NCBI RefSeq assembly: GCF_963921235.1
Contig: NC_086097.1
Location: 81,780,001 to 81,844,000, forward strand
Direction of reading: 5' to 3'
Origin: Mobula hypostoma
Taxonomy: Eukaryota
Length of the DNA stretch: 64,000 bases
Shown: piece after piece, positions 60,581-64,000 of the stretch
Layout of the letters: each line of letters begins with the position of its first letter
Numbering within the stretch: position 1 is the first letter of the stretch
Program-made: the position numbers and the translations under genes
Notes under the pieces: model-generated
Told to the model about the DNA's origin: nothing
What the model saw: the letters and a program-made list of their open reading frames with translations, nothing else
The model's database searches: none

Positions 60581-61980
60581 CAGGGCTGGACTTTAGGCAG
60601 GGCTAGGCTGGGCTGCAGCCCAGGGGCTCGAGCTGCAGAGGTGCCCAAAATAGGTAGCTATCATCATGGCGGACAAAAAAAAATACGAGAACGGAGCACA
60701 GAAAAAAAAACAAAAAAAAGAGGACCGTGAGAAAGAAGCATTAAAAAAGACATTGAAATTGACAGAATTTTTAAAACTTGTTCTCGATGATGCAGCAGTA
60801 CCATTGCTCTTGTCACAGTCTGAGACCGATGGACAAATGGAGACTTGTTCAACAACTAGCGCCAGCACCAGCGTTAGCACAGGACCACCGTCCTTGTCAG
60901 AGTCAGCAGCTAATGTTGAAGAGGCAGAGAGCATGACTTTGGGATTCCCGACCACAAAGACCTCCAAACAACCAAGTCGGGCCGCCATTAATGTTAACGT
61001 TACCGTTACTGAGGATCCTTACAACACTGATCCTGCTCGCAGGAGAAGGGAAATGTTAGATGATTCAGTCCAAGCATACTGGGTTAAGAAAGGGCCGGAG
61101 TCCTGCCAGAATAAGGATGTGGATATCAAAGCTTCGGAATGAGTATACAAACAGCAGAGACATTTTTACTCCAAATTTCACTTCAAACGCAAGCTCGTAA
61201 ATGGTGACTACATATCAAGGCAATGGCTCTTATATTCCCCTTTCCACCTGCTGTGTGTTTTGTTTTGCATGCCACACCTTCAGTGACGGTAACTGTCAGT
61301 CCATCTTCGAAACTGGCTTAACGACTGGAAACATGACTTTGATCACATAAGAGGCCATGAAAATAGTGAACACCACAGGAAAACGATACTGATCTACGTT
61401 ACATTAGCGTCTGACAGCGGAAGAATAGGTACAGAACTGCAAAAACAGTTCGAGTCAGAGTGTGTCTACTGGACCGACATATTGAGAAGAGTGGTGGCGG
61501 TTGTGAAGGTTTTGGTCAAGAGGGGACTAGCTATCCGAGGCTCCAGTGACATATTTGGTAGGCCTGATAACGGCAACTACATGAGCATTGAGGTAATAAG
61601 TGAGTTTGACCCATCTTTGAAGGTGCACATATAGAAATTTGGAAATGCAGGATCAGACACCCCTTCATACCCTTCACCTAAAACATGTGAGGAGTTTATT
61701 GAGCTCATGAGTGATCGAGTTCTGTCAGAGATCTAAACTTAGGTCAATTTTTGAGTGCTTTAGATGCTGTCCTTCAAGCTAAGAACCTGCATTACTTTCT
61801 GTCCTCCCCCTTAAGGCCTGTAAGTTTATAGCCTACGTATTGTACTAAACCAATGTCTTGGCCCACAGCTTTGATATTTAGACCAGTACGATCTTTGCTC
61901 TTGTTCTTGCTTTTTCTTGCTTGGTACAGCAGTATTTTACGATGTTGGCAGGGGCCCCAGCCCCACTAAATCCAGCCCTG
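60581..61980 (+). mobile_element. hAT DNA transposon (Tip100/ZMYM1-like group), 1400-bp internal-deletion derivative
   Basis: TIRs CAGGGCTGGA(C)TTTAG and perfect 8-bp TSD ACTGTAGC (60573-60580, 61981-61988). Confidence 0.95.
60666..61735 (+). pseudogene. Disrupted hAT transposase N-terminal half (TTF-type zinc finger and DUF4371-like region)
   Basis: ORF 60666-61142 (GAQKKKQK basic start). Past a TGA it continues RQWLLYSP..VFCFAC..NDWKH..HENSEHH..YW.DILRRVVAVVK.L.KRGLAIRG..DNGNY..CEEFIELM. The DDE and dimerisation domains are absent. Confidence 0.88.
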
Positions 61981-62710
61981 ACTGTAGCCCTTCCCGCTGG
62001 CTGCCACTTAGATGACGATATAACAGCGCTGGTAGAGTATAAATGTAGCATGTTGAATGCAAGTTTGATTGACCATCAATATTGTCTACAATTGACATTA
62101 ATCAGTAGTCCTGGTTTCAGATTGAGAAAAATCAACCCATTTCTCCCAATTAATGATCATTTATGCAGCCATCCCTCCTCCATCTCTAAAGACGTAGAAT
62201 ATAGACCTGAGTTGAGAACTAAGCGAAGTTGAAACATGTGATGTTCAGATCTGTAGCCCCAGTACCTGGGGCAGTGTAAGCATCCTTGATCTCCAAATTG
62301 GTGGGTGGGTATTCATGCAGAGAGAAAAAAAATGATGCACACCATCTTGAGCGTGTTCATTGTCAAGAGGAAGAAAGTCTACAGAGAGGACAGATTACGT
62401 TGTCAGTGTGCAGTGCCAGTGCTGCCATTTCTCAGCCCAATGTTCTACCTAATGATCTAGTTTATATCTGTTTGGCAGAATGTGCACATCAGCAGTGGAA
62501 CGCAGTCCCCACCAATCAGCACAGAAGTAGGGAAAGTAATCACCATCTGCTAACAATATAGAGGATTATTTATTTCTTTTGAATGCTCATGCAATCACAC
62601 CTCAGTGCTTTCTTCAGTTGCTTAGAAGGTTTTCAGGGTGTAGCGTGGCAGATGCTAAAGATCATTTTGTTTATTGAACTTCCCGCCGGAACAGTTGTGG
62701 GCTTATTGGT

Positions 62711-64000
62711 CGTCACGCCACCGCCAGTAGAGTGGACAGACACCACAGGGAAGCAGACAAGCAGAAAATTAGGAAAATGATGGGAGTTCAGTGATGGTCC
62801 ATGTACAGGGGGAGAGGCATAGAGACGTAATGGACAATTCACTGGACTTCAATAAGAGCTGTAGTGAACAAAAGAAAATAATAAACATTAGACCAATAGG
62901 GCAACTAACTAAAAACTCTCTAATTAAAAACTAACACCATCACTATAGCTCAAAAGCAGTAACCTAGCACTAAATTAATCCCGATCCTTTAACTGCATCT
63001 ATTAAAATCAGTAATCATCTTTCCTGGAATGTGGACTAAGGTAAGCAGGGAGTACTGTCATCACTGTGCTTCAGTCAAGACAACAAAATTGAAACAAAAG
63101 AGATACAGGTACAGTAAATACAATTACAAAGAATGCCTAATTTGCTGGAACATGTGATTCTCATATACATGATTGCTGCCTTCTTTCAGCTGTCTGCTTG
63201 TGAGAGTACCCAGACCTCGCAGCTGATTCTGTAACAGGGCTTCTCTCCCTAGGTGCCGCTCCCGAGGTTCCAGGGGCCTGTGCCCACTGGAAGTCCCAGA
63301 TGAGAGACTTGCCCAAGTTAGGTCGAGCCGGATTGGACATTATCCCTCCCAATCAATGAGGTGCGGGACACTGCCCTGTAATGGGGGGTGCTGCACTGAA
63401 TAGTCCAGGATCCAGCCACCAAGCGGGCAAGAGTGGGGGGAGGGGTTGACTGGAGCAAGAAGGGAGGAAGTCACCAGCTTGAGCTGGGAAACATGGAGCA
63501 CCGGCTGAATCTTCACAGATGATGGTAGGTGTAACCTATAGGGGGCTCTGTTGATAGCCTTCTCCACTATGAGTGGTCCCACATAGTGTGGGGCCAACTT
63601 GTGGCTCTCTACTATAGATACCAGCCAGACTTTTCCCCCTAGCTTGAAAGGCCTCACCTGTTGGTGGAGCTGATCAGCCTGCTGGGCATATCATTTCTGG
63701 GCATGCAGCAGAGAAGCCCTGGCCCGTCTCCGCATGCACTTGCAGCATTAGACCAACTGTTCAGCAGCAAGGACTTACACATCAATTACTTGGTCAGGGA
63801 AAAGTGGGTATCGGAATTCCTTCTGGCATTCAAAGGGGGACATATCAGTGGAGGATGACTGGAGATTATTGTGGGCCTTCTCTACCCAACCATTGGGAGC
63901 TCCAGGTTGTGAGTTTGGAAGAGGCAAGGCAGTGCAGGTTTGCTGCAGATCCTGATTCACTCTGTTAGTCTGGCTGTCAGAATGGGGGTGAAACCTGATG
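62711..64000 (-). mobile_element. Gypsy (sushi/chromovirus-like) 3' end: integrase C-terminus, GPY/F and chromo-like region, PPT (~63237-63252), 3' LTR (~62711-63236)
   Basis: ORF 63775-63960 (NQDL..AHN...SSTDMSPFEC) and ORF 63340-63657 (KVWL..KLAPHYVGP..YRLHLP..HVSQLK..LIDWEG). Purine tract AGGGAGAGAAG precedes TGTTACA. Confidence 0.9.

Overview
Eukaryotic, transposon-dense, apparently intergenic or deep-intronic DNA. The repeat complement is abundant CR1 LINEs, Neptune-type Penelope-like elements (PLEs), Rex1/Babar LINEs, V-SINEs, solo LTRs, Gypsy remnants, a hAT derivative and a Tc1 MITE. This is what I would expect of a cartilaginous fish, probably a ray (inference only). I found no recognisable host protein-coding exon, rRNA, tRNA gene or CRISPR array. 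All interpretable ORFs are decayed transposon proteins. The most notable signal is non-coding: about 13 copies of a minimal type I hammerhead ribozyme motif (consensus (C)AGTC-CTGANGA-A-GGGTCTCGGCCC-GAAAC-GTY-GACT(G)) in PLE 3' termini. Two copies have an intact core and sit on the outward-facing arms of one inverted PLE insertion (42058-43793, 14-bp TSD). Several ~120-140 bp ribozyme-plus-tail mini-insertions have their own TSDs, one with a 5' fold-back inversion. Other highlights: four independent insertions within ~160 bp of one CR1, a CR1>LTR>CR1 triple nest that restores the RT reading frame, and a possible HDV-like fold in an RTE-related element. Boundaries without a TSD are approximate.
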